DNA of 64,000 nucleotides from Candidatus Staskawiczbacteria bacterium (GTDB lineage: Bacteria > Patescibacteriota > Minisyncoccia > Minisyncoccales > Staskawiczbacteraceae): assembly GCA_041661545.1 (NCBI GenBank), contig JBAZUH010000001.1, positions 275,877 through 339,876 on the forward strand. Direction: 5' to 3'. The notes under the pieces are model-generated. The model saw nothing but the letters and a program-made list of their open reading frames with translations. It ran no database searches and had not been told where the DNA came from. Positions 61,455-64,000 of this stretch are shown piece by piece (within the stretch, counting starts at the first letter, position 1; the number at the start of each line of letters is the position of its first letter). A program made the translations under genes and the position numbers.

Positions 61455-61577
61455 TTAAATGCTATTAGCTAATATTTGAGCTGACCAAGTAATCCCTAAA
61501 AAGATAATAACTGCTATTGCTAGTACAACATAGCCTGTGCGAGAAGATACTTTCTTATTTAAATTTATAATTATCAT
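61455..61577 (-). CDS. possible 40-aa single-TM mini-protein
   Basis: Hand translation gives MIIINLNKKVSSRTGYVVLAIAVIIFLGITWSAQILANSI. It sits between the 61589 gene and the terminator. Confidence 0.35.
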   Translation of the reverse strand: MIIINLNKKVSSRTGYVVLAIAVIIFLGITWSAQILANSI

Positions 61578-61588
61578 AATTTTCTTTA

Positions 61589-61990
61589 TTAATTTTTTTG
61601 TTTTCTTTTCTTTTTTCTTTTGAAAAATTTCCAAACTACAACAAGTACAATAATTATTCCCAATCCAACACTAACAGTTGTTATGAAACCAGTGCTACGC
61701 CACCACGGATGCAGTTGAGCTTCAACGCTTTTTACATAAACAGGATTTACCATCAATCTAGTGGCGCCATCTTTAGTAACATAATAAGGAACCGTAACTT
61801 TTGCAAAATCTACAGAAGCTGTAATTTCATATTTTTTAGCAGTTCCCAACTTAAACTGAACTTCGCCAGCACTATTGGTTTTGAGCGTTGCATCAGATGG
61901 AGTTATAGAAACAGTTGCGCCTTCTTTTGGTTGACTTTTAGAATCAACAACAATAACTGTTAATATTATTGGTTCATTTAAATTATCCAT
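61589..61990 (-). CDS. small Ig-like/carboxypeptidase-regulatory-like domain protein with C-terminal TM anchor
   Basis: Beta-rich ~95-aa domain (ILTVIVVDSKSQPKEGATVSITPSD...), then TM (GFITTVSVGLGIIIVLVVVW) and a KRKKKRKQKN tail. Confidence 0.6.
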   Translation of the reverse strand: MDNLNEPIILTVIVVDSKSQPKEGATVSITPSDATLKTNSAGEVQFKLGTAKKYEITASVDFAKVTVPYYVTKDGATRLMVNPVYVKSVEAQLHPWWRSTGFITTVSVGLGIIIVLVVVWKFFKRKKKRKQKN

Positions 61991-62020
61991 ATTTATTATT
62001 TTATTATATCATTAATTTTA

Positions 62021-64000
62021 TTAACCAACTATACGTCTACGTCTTAAAATAAATACCGTAAATCCAGAAGAAAGCGCAACAACCGATGTAACAATAATCC
62101 ACGTTATTGCTGTTTTCTTATTTTTTTCAGAGCTATCTGCTGAATTTTGCTCTTGTTTTTCAGGTACAATTATGTTAGATGCTTCTGTTGGAGTGGCTGA
62201 TACTTCATTTGATGCTGATGTTGATGCAGTTGGTAAATTTGCCTGTGGCACAGTTGTTTCTGGTGTTGTATCTAAAATTACTACTGGTTCAATTTCTGTA
62301 TCTATTGGCGTTGTTGGAACAACAGGGGGCACTCGCACGTAACCACCACCAAGAGGAGCTGGCGTATCATCAGCCGAAGTGGCCGAGGTAGAGCTAATTG
62401 GTCCTTGCCCAACAGAATTTACTGCTTTTACTCTAAAATCATAGCTTAAATTATTAGTAAGGCCAGTAACTATTGCACTAGTTACAGTAGAAATTGGGTC
62501 AGCAAATATGCTCCAGCTAGAATCTGAACTTAATTTATATTCAATAACATAGTCTGTAATTGCACTACCTCCGTCTGAAGTAGGGGCGCTCCAAAATAAA
62601 CCCACCTGCATATTTCCAGCTGATGCTGAAAGTGAATTTATAATACCTGGCACAGTCATTGGTATTACAGCATCTGATGGTGGCGATGAAGACAACCCTG
62701 TGCCAATAATATTTGTGGCCGTCATTGTAAATGTATAAGATGTGCCATTTGTTAAACCAGTTATAATAATTGGCGTAGTAAGACCTGTTTCTGTTAAACC
62801 TCCGGGGTTTGAAGTAACAGTATAATTTGTAATTTCGCTTCCACCGTTTGAAGCAGGGGCAGTAAAAGAAACCGTTGCTTGCTCATTTCCAGCTACAGCA
62901 GAAACCCCTGTTGGCGGATCTGGAAAAGTTGCAACAGCTGTGAAAGATGAAAAAGCAGAAGATGAAGTTGAGCCATACAAAACTCTTATATGAAAATAAT
63001 AATCTCCGGGAGTTGATACAGTTGAAATAGCTGTAAAATCATAATCATCACCCGAATCAATAAGTTTTGCATTTGAAGCACTAAAAACATCATCGCCTCC
63101 GCCACATAAATTGTCTACTGCATCAGTAACGCACAAGGTGTATTGATATTCATATTCAATTACACCTTCGTTTGTAATTCTTATATCTGTGCTAATGCTT
63201 GTATTAGTTAAATCTGAAAAACCCATAATTAACACCTGAGCTGGCTCACCAGGAGTAGCACTAACCACGCTACTTGCTCCACTTGTACCAATAATATTTT
63301 TAGCACTTACTCTAAAATCATAAGACGTGCCGTTAGATAATCCAGTTACTGTAGCAAATTTATCAATGCTTACTCCATCGTCAAAAGTAGCCCAAGTTCC
63401 GCCAGTTGTTAGTTGATATTCAATTACATAATCTGTAATTGCGCTACCTCCGGTTGAAGCAGGATCTGACCATGTTAATTTAATACTGCTACTTTTTACT
63501 TCTGTGGCAACATTAAGTGGCTCGGTTGGTTCGGTTGGTAAAGTTATTTCCGCAGAAGCATCTGAAGCCAAGCCATCTCCAACATCGTTTGTTGCTACCA
63601 CAGTAAAAGTATAAGTTGCGCCATTTGTTAAACCTGTAACAGTGTGAGAAAGGTCTGTTGAGCTAGCATTTATATCTGTACCACCATTATTTGAAGAAAC
63701 TGTATATCCGGTAATTGCACTACCACCATTAGACAATGGCGCAGTAAAAGTTATTACTGCTTGCCCATTACCTGCCTCTGCGGTTACCCCTGTTGCTTTT
63801 CCTGGAACTCCCGCCGGTGTTACAGAAGAAGAGGCATCTGAATCTGGCCCATCACCAGCAACATTAGTAGCTTTTACAGTAAATGTATATTCTGTTCCAT
63901 TTGTAAGCCCACTAATAATAATTGGCGACGTGCTACCAGCTTGCGTAATTGCTTGCGGATTGGAAGTAACAGTATAATTTGTAATTTCGCTTCCGCCATT
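62021..64000 (-). CDS. large surface protein with tandem fibronectin type III-like repeats and C-terminal TM anchor (5' end beyond window)
   Basis: Repeated ...APxSNGGSxITxYxV....GG...........TGLTNGTSYTFxVxAxNxxG... units. The frame stays open upstream of the track start (a TTG at 63736) to the window edge. C-terminal TM plus RRRRIVG. Confidence 0.8.
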   Translation of the reverse strand, partial: NGGSEITNYTVTSNPQAITQAGSTSPIIISGLTNGTEYTFTVKATNVAGDGPDSDASSSVTPAGVPGKATGVTAEAGNGQAVITFTAPLSNGGSAITGYTVSSNNGGTDINASSTDLSHTVTGLTNGATYTFTVVATNDVGDGLASDASAEITLPTEPTEPLNVATEVKSSSIKLTWSDPASTGGSAITDYVIEYQLTTGGTWATFDDGVSIDKFATVTGLSNGTSYDFRVSAKNIIGTSGASSVVSATPGEPAQVLIMGFSDLTNTSISTDIRITNEGVIEYEYQYTLCVTDAVDNLCGGGDDVFSASNAKLIDSGDDYDFTAISTVSTPGDYYFHIRVLYGSTSSSAFSSFTAVATFPDPPTGVSAVAGNEQATVSFTAPASNGGSEITNYTVTSNPGGLTETGLTTPIIITGLTNGTSYTFTMTATNIIGTGLSSSPPSDAVIPMTVPGIINSLSASAGNMQVGLFWSAPTSDGGSAITDYVIEYKLSSDSSWSIFADPISTVTSAIVTGLTNNLSYDFRVKAVNSVGQGPISSTSATSADDTPAPLGGGYVRVPPVVPTTPIDTEIEPVVILDTTPETTVPQANLPTASTSASNEVSATPTEASNIIVPEKQEQNSADSSEKNKKTAITWIIVTSVVALSSGFTVFILRRRRIVG

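Overview
This is a 64-kb window from a very AT-rich bacterium. Hand counts of typical coding lines give about 30% GC. The gene content and layout fit a Candidate Phyla Radiation (Patescibacteria)-type genome. Almost everything is on the minus strand.

The backbone runs from high to low coordinates:
- rpsL-rpsG-(small membrane protein)-fusA // tuf-rpsJ, followed by a complete S10/spc/alpha ribosomal-protein cluster: rplC through rplO, secY, adk, map, infA, rpmJ, rpsM, rpsK, rpsD, rpoA, rplQ, rplM, rpsI.
- There is no rpmD (L30) between rpsE and rplO.
- tpiA, alaS and a hypothetical gene lie between map and infA.

Other blocks are gatCA, two mreB paralogs, proS, murA, frr, holB, rseP, a CsoR/CopA copper cluster, an Rrf2-NifS-NifU-MnmA operon, rpmB with tRNA-Pro, tRNA-Ile next to a ~400-nt structured RNA, and a large FN3-repeat surface protein that runs off the right edge.

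Two things stand out.
1. Several compact islets of about 50% GC, most with recognisable promoter and/or terminator signals, sit inside the ~30% GC backbone. The most striking is a 1.7-kb, five-gene, plus-strand cassette inserted antisense between tuf and fusA. Its small proteins share a repeated module. Other islets encode paired Cys/His-rich mini-proteins, a zinc-ribbon mini-protein, a heavily structured ~320-nt transcript, an orphan PurM-like enzyme and an orphan PyrF.
2. At least four families of short, GC-richer palindromic (REP/RPE-like) elements fill intergenic spacers. Copies also occur in frame inside housekeeping genes: mnmA, gatC, proS and possibly tpiA and rplW.

I saw no CRISPR array, transposase, integrase or rRNA. 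All similarity statements come from motif recognition by eye, not from database searches.
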